Positions 12,340 through 26,810 of a stretch of 64,000 nucleotides of DNA are shown piece by piece. This DNA is from Phoronis australis (lineage: Eukaryota > Animalia > Phoronida): contig NMRA01000067.1 of assembly GCA_002633005.1 (NCBI GenBank), forward strand, positions 372,010 through 436,009. The letters run 5' to 3'. Position numbers and translations under genes: made by a program. The notes beneath the pieces are model-generated. The model did no database searches, was not told the origin of the DNA, and saw only the letters and a list, made by a program, of their open reading frames with translations. Each line of letters begins with the position of its first letter. The stretch's first letter is position 1.

Positions 12340-13854
12340 TCACGTGAGCTCTGCAGCGGTTCTACGCTCGTAATTTTTCGCTCGTATTTTTTACTCGTAA
12401 GTTTACGCTCGTAACTTTTTGCGTTCGAATTTTTGCGCCGATACCTTTACGTGAGGAAATTACGAGAGTAAAACGACGACAAGTTCATGGGTCTGTTTCG
12501 TGAAAATAACTTAAGACTTCGAGAAAAAATCTGTCTTACGCTCTCACTACAAAATTGTTGAATGAAGGCTTAGCCAAGTAGATGAATTTAGAAATAGCCG
12601 CGCTTTATTGAAATTCACTAACCAGCAGACCTCGATCAGGTCTTTGGCAGTGGACTGGCGCTCAACGCCGGACGGTATCAACCTTCTGCTATTACAATAC
12701 CGACAAATTTCCAATTCTGTGCGATGGAATGTGCCTACCAATGCCTCACGAAAAAAGATAAACCTTTTGAAATTTCAATTGATGAGCAAAGATGTATGGT
12801 TCCACTGCGAAGATGCTACTTCGCCGCTGATGAAGCGGCATAATTTCGATCCCAGCCGGTGTAAAAAAATAAAATAAATCAGTAAACTATAACTAATCAA
12901 ACAATGGGAGAGGATGACAGTGGAATTTATTCCTCTGCTATTATATTTGTGAACCACTATGTTGTAATTGAATTTCTGTCAACCAATTGAATTTCTGTCA
13001 ACCAAATCTGAGTCGCAATCAATAGGAAGTCACTTTCGTGGTCTCATTACTCTAGAGAGCGCCAATATGAAGAATCCCCTATTATGGGAGCAATCCAATC
13101 TAGAAATACTTTATGAAATATATCAATAACTATCAGCTATTTTCTCAGAGACTACACTTTTGTTCAAGTGAGATTTATTAATTTTTCAGAAATAGTTACG
13201 TGGAGCGTTAGACAAAATTTTTGTTTTAATTCTTAATTCTCTTTTCATCAGACCCCAGGTGAGGGCCCCCTTCACTGATGAACATAATCGACTTCTTTGA
13301 TACACGATGCACATATATGGCTTGTTATGAAGTGTTCAGAAGGTAAATTCTCCGATGCAACAAAGTTAATGTGTACAAATGATAGAAAATATGGAAGACT
13401 GGCTCGTGCTCTTAGCAGTTCGTGCAGATGATATATATCATTGCAAAAACATCGTGTTCAAAATCATTTTTGCGAGAAAATGCAGTAGAATTTATGAGCG
13501 CACCCAGTCTAAAAATGGGGCTCGAATTTTTGTGAATGTGGACCTTTTACTAAGATTCTCGGTGTAGTTTAGAGCTTTAAATAGTGCCTTTTTAGTGGAC
13601 TTGTCTCGTTTTCTACTGTTCAAGTTTCGGAGTTTTTGTTTCTCTGAGGGAGGCCTTTTCTAATTGTTGGTGGTAAATCGTTCATTCTTTATTCAAGACA
13701 TTTCAATTACAAACCATTTGCACAACGAAACGATATCAGCTGAGTATAAGTTGAATGGGAGGCGGTCTCGTAGACTGGTATGTCTCGCTAAAATTACGAG
13801 CGTAAAATTACGCGTGAAAATTACGAGCGTACAACCGCTTTAGAGTTCACGTGA
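12340..13854. mobile_element. ~1.5-kb non-autonomous DNA-transposon-like element with TIRs and subterminal tacgctcgtaa repeats
   Basis: Left tcacgtgagctctgcagcggttctacgctcgtaattttt is the inverted match of right aaaattacgagcgtacaaccgctttagagttcacgtga. Multiple (c)tcgtaa repeats on the left and ttacgag repeats on the right. No transposase recognised inside. Confidence 0.7.
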
Positions 13855-15653
13855 TCTACAAGCCATTTCTCTCGATGGGGGTCGTAAAACACGAGCGACG
13901 TCTAAGTTGTAATTACCGAGTGATACTTTGCCTCGAACGGCCCACGATAGAATTGCTCTCACTACCGCGTAATTGATACCAGCTGCAACCGAAGAACGTT
14001 TGTGTTGACGCGTGTTTTCAAAAGTTAACAACCGATCGAGATTGCGCTGAAAAGTAACTCCGTTGAGCTGTGCTAGAGGTCGACTTTGGATATATTTATG
14101 GCTTAGAGCTTGTTTATCACCAGTAACAATCTCTGATTTGTTCATTAAGGGGACATGTGAATAATAGGTGGTCGTTAACAGTAATCCCGGAAGCTGTGTT
14201 TTTATGTAAAAACTTCGCTGGCGTCAATCTGGCATTTTTCCAGGCATAAACAACGTCACTACTACTATCTGGAAGTTTTTTTAAGACACTGGACTCTCTA
14301 AATCAGTATATCAATATCGGCAATGAACCCGCGCTCCGTCGACGAAAGTTTTGATTTTCACCATTTACCACCACAAAATTGGTCTCAACCTTTTCCTTAC
14401 TAGAACTAGATGTGAGTTTTGGTCTTGTAGTTTGTTATTACTGGAGGTATGCTTGGCGAATAAACTGACCCGCCGTGACAAGCCATCTTAATTGCAGAGT
14501 CTTGTCTCAAGGAATAACAGGCTGCCACTTCTTTTGAAGACCTGGAATTCGCTCTAATTTTAGTAAGGGATATTTTGAGGCCTGCCAATTTTTAAACACT
14601 AAGCCGTCTAAATCAAAATCAATTTTTTGTGAAGGAAGTCGGATTATTTACCGCGTTAAGCTACGAAGCAGCACTTCCATAAGAGGAGTTTTGAGGGTAC
14701 AGGGCCTGGATTCCTCTTCCGTACTCGGCCAAAACAAAAGCGTCACAGGAGTGATATACGGTATGTAGAGAAACCACAAACTCTTGCGGCCATAATTTAG
14801 GACTGTTGGTGTGAACACACGTGTCTACTGTTTCAGGCATCATGTATAAATGAACGCTAAGCCATCGATCAACACTTTTTTACGCTTAGCTTGAAGAGAA
14901 TGTAGCGAAGCGTCTCACTGGCCTACTAGACGCAGTGGAAAGCTGGAGCCGGGGCACATGCCCTTCGCTTTTGCCCCACCCCCTCTACAAATTTTGCTTG
15001 CTCTCCCCTCAAATTTCCCCAATGCAGACGAAAATGTGCGTGATTCACTCATCTGTACCTCGGACTACAGTATTTTATAGTGCGCGGCTGTACCTAGATT
15101 TTATTAATAAAAGCTGTTTTCTCGCCTCTAATGATCTCGAAGTCTAGTTTTCTGGCGGGCATACCAACGAAACCAAGGTCGATTGCTAGGTCATGAATGC
15201 TTAGCCAGGTACATATCCATACCATACACACATACAGATCTGAAGGATGGACGAGATCATATAAAATACCAGACGCGAGATACATGAGTCATGTGCTCAT
15301 ACCGAGAATGTTTAGCGAACATACATGTATTGCGCAGTTTGTAAGCTGAGAGGATCGTCTGTTCTGCTGCACTGTTGCAGCAGGTGTTCCCAATCTTACG
15401 GCGTGTTGCAACCGTTTACCTGTCCTAAGTAATTGTTTTAGTTTACAGAAAATGTTTGTACCGTTAGACAAACAAGCAAATATTGAATATTTAGAACAAG
15501 CGTTGAGCTATGTTGCAAAGTTTTATTCTATGTCTTTTTCATATTATTAAAAGGAAACAAGAATGAGTTATAAGCGTTAACATGTACGCAGTGTACCACA
15601 TGGAGATATGAAATCAGAAACCATAATTTTCAATAGAGTTCTTATAAATTACA

Positions 15654-15760
15654 CATGCGCGCACCCAGTAACTATCAAACTTTGGCGAATGCACAATTCA
15701 CGGCTCTGAAAGTACCCCGTTTTTTAGTAAAAGGTCCACATTAGGCTGGGTGCGCACATG
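15654..15760. mobile_element. 107-bp MITE (catgcgcgcacccag family)
   Basis: catgcgcgcacccag ... ctgggtgcgcacatg; flanks ttaca/ttcca. Confidence 0.7.
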
Positions 15761-16591
15761 TTCCATACAGGGTGACCTACCAGGAGCAGGCCTCTTTCAT
15801 CATGCAGCCGGCATGAGGACCGAGACATGCTGCTCAGAGTGGTGCATCCCAGAGTCCTATCACAAGGGTGCTTGTCATCCCATAATTCCAGCTTTAGAAA
15901 TTCAAATTCAACAGGAGAAGCCATTCTGGCTATAGACGGCTTGTTTGGTTAAAATAATGATGCCGTCCAAAACATTGCTTATTCAAGCACATTCAATCTC
16001 AAATGTTCAATGTGCAAGCATTTTATAGGGCCTACAGTCTCACCGTATGACGAGAAAAGGCCTCTGTCGATAGGGTGGCATTTTCATGGAAGCTCCCAGT
16101 ACAAGCGGGTGGGCCGTCCTGACGGGTTCACTCCCGTCTAACTGTTAAAACCGTTAGTAAACCAATGATCTACACCTGCTGTTATTGGAAATCGTTTCTT
16201 TCAAACAATCTGCCATTCACGTCGTGCTTCTTCTGCAAAAATGATTCAGTACACTGCATCGCACGCACGATCGAGTGCCGCCTGCACCCCCACCCCGCCC
16301 CTGCCCTCCGCGGTCACACGGGCACGGAGATGGACAACTCGTAGCAACCGTACTGGAACTGGTTTGACTTGAGTGATAATTTCTGACGATTTTTAAAGTG
16401 GACAACTTGAAAAGCATACATCCACCACCTCATCAATTTTCCACCAAAAAACAAATGCCAGACTGACCTGCTCTATATTTTGACCTTTTTATTTATAATA
16501 TAAATACATGTAGTTGTAGCATGCAAGTCATAGATGGGTTCCTTCGGACAACGGCACAAAGTCTCAAGTGAGCTAGTATGCTAATCGTGAG

Positions 16592-16757
16592 CAGGGGTGG
16601 ATCCAGGATTTTTAGTTAGGGGGAGGGCAGCAGGGCCCAGTACTTAGCAAGGATTTTGCCCGTCAGACATTCGCACCTCCCAAAGATGCCAAATCGAATC
16701 TGGGAGAGTTCTAGGGGGTCGGCCATGGCCCCCTAGCCCCCTCTAAGTCCGCCACTG
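16592..16757. mobile_element. MITE (cagtggcggatcc family) with perfect 5-bp TSD
   Basis: gtgag|caggggtggatcc ... aagtccgccactg|gtgag. Confidence 0.75.
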
Positions 16758-19206
16758 GTGAGCGCAGCCATCAGATTCTGCTCAGTGTCCCTGGCTATAC
16801 TTGAGTAGTACTGCAGATTTCAAAAATGATTCATCAGTTCACGTAGCATTTTCCGACCGTCATATTTCGACATTACGAGAGTGGGTGTGTTAAGGAAGAA
16901 CGCATGTAGATGATTAGTGGACCATGATTTATTGCAGTCGCTGCATGCCCTTATACAGCGTAGCTCGCCTCAGCCCGGATAAAGGTTGGGTCTGGATTAG
17001 TGGCCCACTATTGACCTGGATGGAGGTGAGATTTCTAGGAGTGAAATGATCGAGATTGAAAGCATATTTGCCAGTCCGAGAATTTGGTGTAAAAACAACA
17101 ATTCTGTAGGTCACGGAATTTAGTGGTTAAAGCGATTGCCAGCACGCACAGCTGATGCGACTTAATATCTGGAAGACATTACCAGGAAGAGACAACTACT
17201 CGATCGCGCATTTTAACGTCAGTGTTTTAGAAAGATCAACGGTTTATTGTCAGCAATCTAAACATCGTAATATAAATTTGAAGTTTTACATGCAAAGTGA
17301 CACCAATCTGGTCCTTGTAAATTAGAGACATGCAGCGCTTTGAATATAACATGTTTTACCCGTACAAAAAACAATCTTTTCCCAAGCTGTACGGTACATA
17401 CCACCGTCTGAACTGGGCCAGGAAGCTGGCACAGATGACGGTAGTCATTCCGCATCCGCCATAATATGCCGGAAGCTTTTCGGCCTCACACTGGCTAAAT
17501 CATCAATTTCACGTTGCTATAAGTACATTTGTCGAGCAAAAAAGAACCTTTCAGTGGAGGCCGTCGGTGTCTTCAAGTCTTTCGAACTAATAAACACTTC
17601 GGAAATTAGATTCCTTTCCAATACACGTCTCTGCAGTCGTCAACGATGCCATTTTCTCTAGGTACGAAGGGTGCGACCCTGACGGTCGCGTTTCAAGCAC
17701 TAGCGAGCTCTGGCGGATATCATGCAGTGTATTACGTTAGCGATTGGCTTATTCCCGAGGTCATAGAGATCGATCTCGTGGTGATTTTAAAATTTGCATG
17801 CTATCCGGATGTTTAGTGATGACGTATAATGAATAATGACATTATCTTTGAGTCAAAACAAGCTGATGCAGATTTTTAGAAACTCTGAGTAACGTGTGCG
17901 TACGCGAATGAAACTTTTCGATTACAGCGCCATCTATTCACACGAGTGTTGAAATTTCCGATAGCGTACGTTGAAAGCATTTTCAAAGCATAATTCCACC
18001 GTTATTGGAAGTGATAAAACAAAGAACTTGACCGCTTTCTGTGAAAGTCTACTCTGTTTACTTTCGGAAAAACACCAATACGTCGTTGTTTAGTCACTTG
18101 ACTCTTCCCGATAATGTCATGGCGAGTGCTGTCTACATTTGACAATTGTTGCCTTCGAAAAATTCTAGGAGTTGGAAGTTAACGCGTCTAGTTTGTCACA
18201 TTACACGATTTTACGAGCAGAGGGCGGATCTCTCTAGTTAGCCGGTTGACTGGTGCTTGATAAACTGCGAAACCCTGAGGTTTCAATCAGGTACATTCAA
18301 TGTTTGCTTTTTTGCTTTGAGAATAGGCTTCAGGGTTCCTCTCCTGTAATGCATTGCCTCTTGAAAGCAAGCCCAAAATAGAGTTATCTTTTTCTCCGGA
18401 CCATGACATGCAGAAAAATTTTCACGGACCAAGGGAACCGTTTACCATAGACACCCAAACTAATTTCCAAAAACGCTAAACGAAAATTATTACCACGGAC
18501 AAAAACCTTTACCACGCACTCGAATTTGTGCGTAATAAATGTTCTTTGCACATAGTTAGAGCCCTTACAGTGAGTCTTAAGTAGTTTGCGAAAAGTGCGT
18601 ATCCTGCTTCCCAGTGGTGAAGGTTACGTGTTCGGTGGCCCGGTGCAACGATTCGAAGCTCATGTATAAGCTATATGAACACCTACTTTAATTTTAAATG
18701 ACGCCATTTACCACGTGATGAAGTAGGCATTGACTCGTACACTGTATGACGGTAATGCGTACATGTATAACGAGTTATTCAGTTCAATATTCTTTAGAGC
18801 GCCTTTGGTTATGTATTACCATTATAATTATGTTACAAAAATACATTGTTCACTTACAATAAGTTACTACGTCTAAAGTAATGAAGACATTTGATTCAAA
18901 GAAAATGGACATAGAAACCAACAAAATATCATTAACACCTCCATACCAACATTCCCATCGCCGGGAAAAAATGTCAAGAACCATTGGTGGTTTCAGAGGT
19001 GAGAGGGTATCGGGGAACGTGCATGCCGCTCAGCCAGGTCCGTCCCAGACATTACGCACAAATTTTATCTCTCTTTCTGAACTTCAGAATTTCAATTATC
19101 GTTTTACCTCCGTCATATTATTTGCCATCCAAATAATTAGGCTAGTAAGAGACATAAAATGAGAAACCACGAAGCTCGACAATCGTGAAGATAACTTATA
19201 CTAATA

Positions 19207-22200
19207 TCAAACAAATGTTCCCGGTTCTGAAATACAGTCTGTTAAATTCCTTGTCATTGCTACTCCTGTGGTTCCGACAATGTGAGGCTGTTGCGGTGCT
19301 TGTATGGTATAGATTTTCGGTTTTGGTTGGTGCTTCCACCTATTGGAACGTTTTCTCTTTTTTTGTTTCCGCTCCGGATAAAAGGTATCATTGTTAATTG
19401 TGAATTCGGAGTCACATGACGAATATGACAATCTTCTTGTATTCGGCCAATGTCGCGTATTCCCATGAAAATCACAGATGCCCAAATGACTGCTGACGTA
19501 TGAATGCGTGTCTGATTCGTCTGACAAGTCGTAACTATCAACAATGGATCCCGTGAGTTCTCGAGATCGTGCGTTATCGTAAACACTGCACATGCTCACC
19601 CTTTTCGGGATATTTAAATCTCTCGAAATTGAATTGCGCAGATTGCAACTTAATGTGTGCGCCACATCCAAATCTTCGGCTATTGATTCGCTCAATTTGC
19701 GGATCTGATAGCTTGCAAAAGATCTTGATCTCACATGGTTTTTACTCTGAACGCTCAGTCTCATTTCCCAATCACTTGTTCCAGAGATTGTGCGCGTCCG
19801 CTTTACATTGTTATTTTGTCCGTGCACATCGTCTGCCATGTGTGTGTTTGTCTGCACGTTGTCACTCGATGTTGATAGGTCCACGTCGAGCCCACTATCT
19901 TGTTTGCCGTCTTCATTTATGTGTTGCAGTTTCTTTTTAGCGCTGTTAACGTGTTCTTGCAAACTCTGAATCGTGGTGTCTTTCTGAAAAATGGATACCA
20001 AAGAATTCAGTCGTTATATAATTGGTAAGTGATTTCTTAAAATGATACTAAACTCTGTATTGTGATTTCATACAAAACGTTTTGCGTCCCCTGCTATTAT
20101 TTCAATTTTAGTACGTACCCCCAGAGATGTAACCTTTGCTCAGCTAAAATACTAACTTCCACACTGTGATACTAAGTAGATCCATTTGGTTCAAAATGTG
20201 TCTGTCCCCTCATCCACCGATTACCTCGCTTTAACCGTTAGTTACGGTTGAAGGTTTAGTAACCCTTTAATCCTTTTAAGGATAATTTCAAACGCTTGAA
20301 GGTTAGAAGGGTGTAGGACATTATTTGATTTCAAATATTTAAGTGAGCTGGTCATGATATCTGTTTAAAATAGGATAAAACAGGATTCAGTGTTCATAGA
20401 AACGAATGGACTCAAATCAAGAAAAAATACGTCCTGTCTGACATATTCAATATTACAGACTATAACTCTATTAAAGGCAAGGAGCAGCCAAAACGGATAT
20501 ATGAAAGTAATTTTTTAACTAATTTTAGAAGATGTGAATTTTACACCATCTTCGATCCGTCTCAACAATGGCAAAGTTGGCCAATCACCAACGGGGAAAC
20601 AAAGGGCACCAACATTAAAATTGTAATAACAATACTGTTTAACCCAAAATAAGTCATGCGCTTCAACAAGTACAAGTTCTCTCACCAAATACAGTGCCTT
20701 CACTGCAAATCTAATTCAAACGCGTCGACTTTGTTTTCGTTGTTGTTGCGTGAATTAACAGCGTAGCAATACAGGCAGAACTCCTTTATTGTCGCAGCAG
20801 TTGTTCTGCGATTTCATAGTCTTCAAAACTTTATGTAGCAAAAGTGGCTCAGAAATTTTCGACACTTCGATTAAAGAAACCGTTAATTTGTAAACTGTGA
20901 ATCTCTTGGGTGATAATCAATGGTTCCACAAACATTCTGTGACGCAACTAAAAGAACTGACTGGAAATACAGGAAACGACGAGGAAATAGAATTTCGTTT
21001 CATGTTGAATACAGTTGACACTGCCTACCTCTGTTAACGACTTTTTGAGCGATCTGTTTTCCGACACTAAATGGAACATTTCTTCTTCAATTCTCTCAAC
21101 TGACTCGTCTCGAGACATGCTCATCACTTGAGCGGACATGTTCACAGACTTCAGAGCTTCTTCGTCCTTGTGTTTTTGCCATAATCTCAACTGAAAAACA
21201 TTAGAGCATCCCATAATATATCACGTCATCAAGTCCAGGGTCCGAAATCTAGTCTCCGGACTAGAACTCGTAACTCCAACTAAATTTGTAGGTATCTGTT
21301 TTGCTTAGGTGAACTGAAGCATAAGTGCCTTTTGTTTTAGTAAACTACCACTTGCGGAGATGATGAAAAACGCCAGTTTCACACTTGGTAGCATCACCAT
21401 TAAAGCTACCTGTTGGGTTTCAAGTCAAACGTGAAGTTGAGATTGAGTTAGCTGCTTTAGTGCCAGTTTAGATTATTTCCTCGTGTGCAGAAAATCGCAA
21501 TGTGTCCCAGCAAGAAATCGAAGACGCTTACTCATATCTAGAGACAGTTCTGAATTCAAACTAAATTGGATTGCATCAAATATTCAAGTTAAATGGGAGT
21601 ATTGGAGCTCAAAGATTGTAATTTGGGGTCAGGTGTGTCTCTATGTACTATAAGGGATTCAACTAACTTAAAATTTCGCTAATACAGTGCCTCCAGAAAT
21701 GACGTCAATCCAACATAAATGCGGTATATACGAGAACTGGAATATGTAGACAGTGGAAGGGGTTAATTTGAACGCAAAATGACGACAATCAGGGCTTTGG
21801 GCCGGGCCTTTGCAAACCTTGAGTACTCACTTTTGGAATGAAAATATAACATTGGACAGCAGTTGTGCAAGCCAAGATTCCCGTGCTGGCACATGCAAAA
21901 GAGACGTTTGGCCTCTCCTCAAACGTGGTTGCCAAGGCAATGGAAACACTTCCCAATATCACAGTTATGTATGCACTTGATATAATACTCCTTGAGTCGT
22001 TCATAGAGGGCAGTGTTACGTTTCTGATCATCCAAGCGAGGTACGTGCCACACAACAACATGGCGGTTTTGTATATCAGCAGCAACGACAGCCACGCAGG
22101 CAAGTACGTGCATGTACACGTCTGGTACACGTGAGGAGTAATAATATCTAAATCGCCCGTTAGGGGATGTGTGCTGTTCAATGTCCTAGTATCATGCGTA

Positions 22201-25200
22201 GTCCTATGACGGATGTAGGCTGTGAGAGGATCAACTGCTTGCCAACAGCCCATAATGGCGCCGTCTACCACGAGAAAGCCTCCAATCACTAAAAGCAACT
22301 TTTCGTCTTTAATCACCTGAAATATGAGTTAGTGTGTTCGTTCGTAATTGTCCTTTACAACTGTACACTGCTTTTTTACAAACTATGGCACAGAGAACAT
22401 ACTGTAATGGGCCACGTGATACATGTAGGCTAAGAGTGGAATCCCATGGCTTCTGGCAACCCACTTAGTGGCAGGCATTTGTCAACATAACACAAACCCA
22501 CGTCGAGAAAAGGATTAATTAAAGTTACAATTTCCTTTTAAATACAACCAAACATCAAGTAAGAGACTCAAGCCCGAGCTCTCAAATCAACAACTAGTTT
22601 ATGAACTTGCAGTGTCCCCACCGAAAGAACTCATGACATTCCGAATAGAGGAGAAATTATTATTGATGACCTGTTCTTGGTTAGGAAAACCGATAATGTT
22701 GGAACATAAAATAAACAGATATTGATCTAACGTATCTATGCTTCTTTAAGTAAAATTAAGTCAAGATTTTCTGCAAGGCCTGACTTGTTAAAATATCAAG
22801 TGCAAGGAGAGCTTCTCTTAGAACCCTACTGTCACTTACCACTCGTTTCACCGTTGCATCTTTGAAAATTCTATGTATGCGCCAAGCCTTTGTAAACATT
22901 GCACCAAAAACCAACGTGTACCCGAAGTTGACTAACCACGTGCGGGTCTGAAACAAAAAACAAACCACGAGGAGATCCAGTACAGTTCTTTTGAGGAGAC
23001 ATGTTTTCCCACACAGTGACTGGTTGGTAGTACTCCAGTGCTTTATCCCTGTACTTTTTCTTCGTGTCTCAGTGCCACGGTCAGCGGAAAGCGACCTAAA
23101 AACCATTTGATTATTGAAATCGTCGTTTACTGTTTCACTCGGAGGTGGATGCACGAGCGCGGAGAACCCTCGGAGACCAGCAATGACGTAGGCTCATAAC
23201 TACCTCAGTCAGAGGTGCCTGGAAGAGCGCTGAGCATCCCCAAGAACATCACCTGAGTTTGCAATCTTTACTAACTATGCCTCCAATTTCACTTACTTGG
23301 CAGACGACCGTAGCACTGTGTAGGTTTGTCTGAGTGAAGACGTCAAGACCGTAGAGCAAGCAGGTGGCGTAGAGTAGAAAGGCACCGCCAAGGACAAGCA
23401 AGTTTATGTTTGGGCTAGACATCTTTAATACTCTGGAAAGAGAACACGGCAACACTGGTCATTAGAAGAAGGCCTACAACGGACTTGATTAATGATATCT
23501 TTTTAATTGATGTACTTGCTAAATAAAACTATAGAGTTTATTTTGGTTGGGCTTATTTCATTATTTTTGGAAACCGTTACAATGAACCAAATTAGTGCAG
23601 AAAGAAGTTATGGACTCATTAATTTATTTTTGGACATCTAATAATTAAACTGCTTGTGCATACGGGAAAAGTTCTTTCCAAAGGCGACTAATCCAGTTAA
23701 CATTTGTTTTGTTTGGGGTAATTTCCGCAGCTAACATACGTGTATACAGTACTCCCCGCGGAACCCAAAGTTAAACAGGTTGAAGGTACTGATCTGGGTA
23801 AATTGAAGAATACTAAAACAAGCGATTTCTAACTTAAAAGGTGTCCAATTAAATAACCGGAAGCGCTGACTTCCCAATCTATTTTGCAAGACACGTCGAG
23901 TTGACAGGCGGGACGAAACGCTATTAATTTCATTCACGGATATTTTGAGACGATGGGCATACTTGCACGAAGCTTTTGAGTATCTCACTACTCAACAGTG
24001 GAAAAGTTGACGCACTGTGGTTTCGAAGAATTTATAAAAAAAAACGTACAAGAATCCAGTCAATTATCTACCAACTACACTATCGTTATGAAGCGACAAG
24101 TCGTGTTTTATAGTGTCGCCGCTTTATTGGAAAATAGATATTACTGCGTTGACTTCCTCGCCTCCTCAAAGCTCACTGACAGAATAAACATCTAGGCCTA
24201 CACGGACAATTTTGTTGCGGCACTTTCAGTCAGACAGACATTTCTCAGGAGTTTTGTTTAAAAGCTGTTTTAAATTAATATTGCTTTATTCTGTTCTCGC
24301 TAGAAGAAATGAATTTGAAGTTCGTTCTTTGACGATTTTACCACAAGTCTGCTATGAAAGGTCTGTGGTGGTAAAACAAGTCCTCTGTGGAAGATCGTTT
24401 ATACATGTAACATCTCGGTTTTCTTTTGACCTTTGATAGTACAATAGCCTATGCAGTAAGGGTGCTTGTGCTTTTGGTTGTTAAGCCATCTTAAGTTTGT
24501 TTGTAACTTTTTTGGTTCACCGAAAGCTCGTTCAATATACTGTCACAAAATATCGACTCAGTTCAACCGAACAGAATAATACGGCACGCCTCAGTTTCCT
24601 ACAGTTGGGCGAATATATCCTGCACATTATCAAATCAACTCTACTCCAACGAGTCGCTTCAAAAGTGTACATTCATAACCTATTATTACCTTTTTACCTT
24701 CCAGGCAAAATTATACCTCGCTCGTTTAAACCAATTATCGACGTCTCCGTTCCTCGTCCCTGACAAAATACGACTATATACAAAGATTATTGGTCCGCGA
24801 TTAGTTTTAAAAAACCTGACAAGAATGCCTGATAATGCCTGTATCGTGTTACAAAAGAGATAACTCATGGTTGTTCTACCTCCTACCTGAGCAATCTGCT
24901 TGTTTCAACATTCAGGTGTGAATATCGAGTAAAAACTATTTCGCTCTTGAGTTTGACCGCGCTTGTAATTGTTAGATAGGGTTTTAGGTCGACGCTCAGT
25001 TCAGAACGGATTAAATTGAGCGTGCAATAAACTACTGGGTGTGGAACTCATAGATTTGCCGGGTGAGTTAAATGAATAACCTAGGGCCATGAGATTGCCA
25101 ATGCATCCCCACGAAGCTTTGCTTATGATTCACAATTATAAAGACGAGGCATCATGTAAGAAGATCTAGACGAGTCTTTTTGTCAAAATTTACTAACAAT

Positions 25201-25655
25201 GCAATAAGTCATTCCTGAAATTTCATGAGTTTTAATCTGCGCAGAAAATAAAGTTTGCAATTCTTCATTTTGTTATAATTATTCTACTTAATTTTTTTCT
25301 TCTTGAGTCGTACTTGGAAAACTACCGTTTCACATAAACTTGCAGTGTTTTAGGTGAACACTTCTTATAGGCGTTAACTTTAATTCTACCTGAAAGCATT
25401 TGTATTTGCAATAACGTAATAATGTGACATGTTCACGGTAATTGTGTGTTTCTACCTCGTAAGAATTGAAGGTTCGTCCATAGATATCAAATCGCATACA
25501 CTCCATTTTTTCTCCTTACCTTAGACGTCGGTAGCGAATGTTGAATGTCAGGAAGACAAGCGTAAGACAGCAGCCGAGACTAGCCAACCCGGAAACGATG
25601 CCAAATACCCACAGTTCCACACTCTTCACGGCGCTCGCCATTTTAATTCGTTCTT
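19207..25655 (-). CDS. GPR156: Class C GPCR, GPR156-like (GABA-B-related 7TM plus coiled coil, no Venus flytrap): complement(join(19207..19983,21029..21190,21831..22316,22840..22947,23297..23432,25520..25655)); in-frame ATG at 25641 gives ~596 aa
   Basis: Six phase-compatible GT-AG exons: TM1 LWVFGIVSGLASLGCCLTLVFLTFNIRYRRLR; VLKMSSPNINLLVLGG; WLVNFGYTLVFGAMFTKAWRIHRIF; VIKDEKLL..WQAVDP; YKTAMLLCGTYLAW..NVTLPSMNDS; CTTAVQCYIFIPK; then coiled coil SLKKSLTEKDTTIQSLQEHVNSAKKKL. The motifs are typical of the GABA-B/GPR156 7tm_3 group. The C-tail resembles vertebrate GPR156 as I recall it (not verified by alignment). Confidence 0.85.
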
Positions 25656-26764
25656 CTAATCGGAAGTAAAGCAAAATAATTAATTTTTCTTGTAAAAAAC
25701 AAAATGTTTCTCAATATCAACCTCTAAGTTTCAAAGATAACCTCAACTGTCAATTTTAGGGTAATGAGATTGAAAAGGTACGGTTTTACCCAGCCAGCTA
25801 GCTTCAGTTGTATGTAGACTAGCGTCAAAATATATTTATGAATTTACACAGCTTTGCACCGGGGCTAGGCGTTCTTCGTTCTGTGAATAAAACACTAAAT
25901 TTTGACCGGGACTCGTGACCTGCTTGCCCAATGTCCGTACACGGCAGGCTACTACGGCTGTTTGTTTGCATTAAGAGAGTAGATCATTTGTAGATTGTAT
26001 TCAACGAATAACGATCTAACCACAAACAAACCGTGCACGAGCAGTTCAACAAAATGTGAAACCCAAGCCATGACCGCAATCAAAATAGAACAAATCCAGA
26101 CAAATTCTAAAAACCTTTTATCCAAACCATTGGTTACTTGAATGGTACAGAAGGTGAGACGTTGTATATCTCGTTTGACAAACGGAAAAATCTCTGTAAA
26201 TTATCAAACATGAGCTCAAATGAATTTAGATAATAGAAAAGATTGATATCTATATTGTTGGCAAAGGACAGAGAGATTGTTCACCAGGGCAAATGATTCG
26301 CACGAGTGTCATTGACAAATTTACTAATACAACCGAAAAGTTCTGTTAATCTAAGAACAACAGAACATTTTGACGTCATAACTTTTTGCAATGACAGTAA
26401 AAAATCCATTTACATAAATTTACATGCAAAAATCCCTGTGCCTCATGTCCTTGACCGTCTTAATTAATCTTTGTGATTACCTAGTCGTTTGTTCTTTTCG
26501 GCATCACAGCAGATCACCTTCGTTTCAATTCCCCTACACGCACTAACACAAAGTAATCTCAAATGACGTGCACCAAGCTATGGCGTTAACTTTTAAAATC
26601 CTGGTAGGAATACAAGTAATTTTTGTAAACAATAGATAGGCCTACGCGAACAGTTAAGAATTACAGAAACTGTAGAAGATAAGAACAATTTAGCCTCATT
26701 GTCTGGTCGTAATCTAGTGCAAGTACACAGTTATTATAGTAAGAATATGGGCGTGCCTGCTCAC

Positions 26765-26810
26765 CAGACAAGCTGGAGGGAAAGATTCTATTTAGCTTGA
26801 TTTTCACCAT
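26765..26810 (-). CDS. Candidate upstream short coding exon of the GPR156-like gene (MVKIKLNRIFPSSLS)
   Basis: gccATGG Kozak context and a G|gtgag donor. Phase 1 matches the acceptor at 25656-25657 and gives ...SLSEERIKMASAVK in frame. No homology support. Confidence 0.35.
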
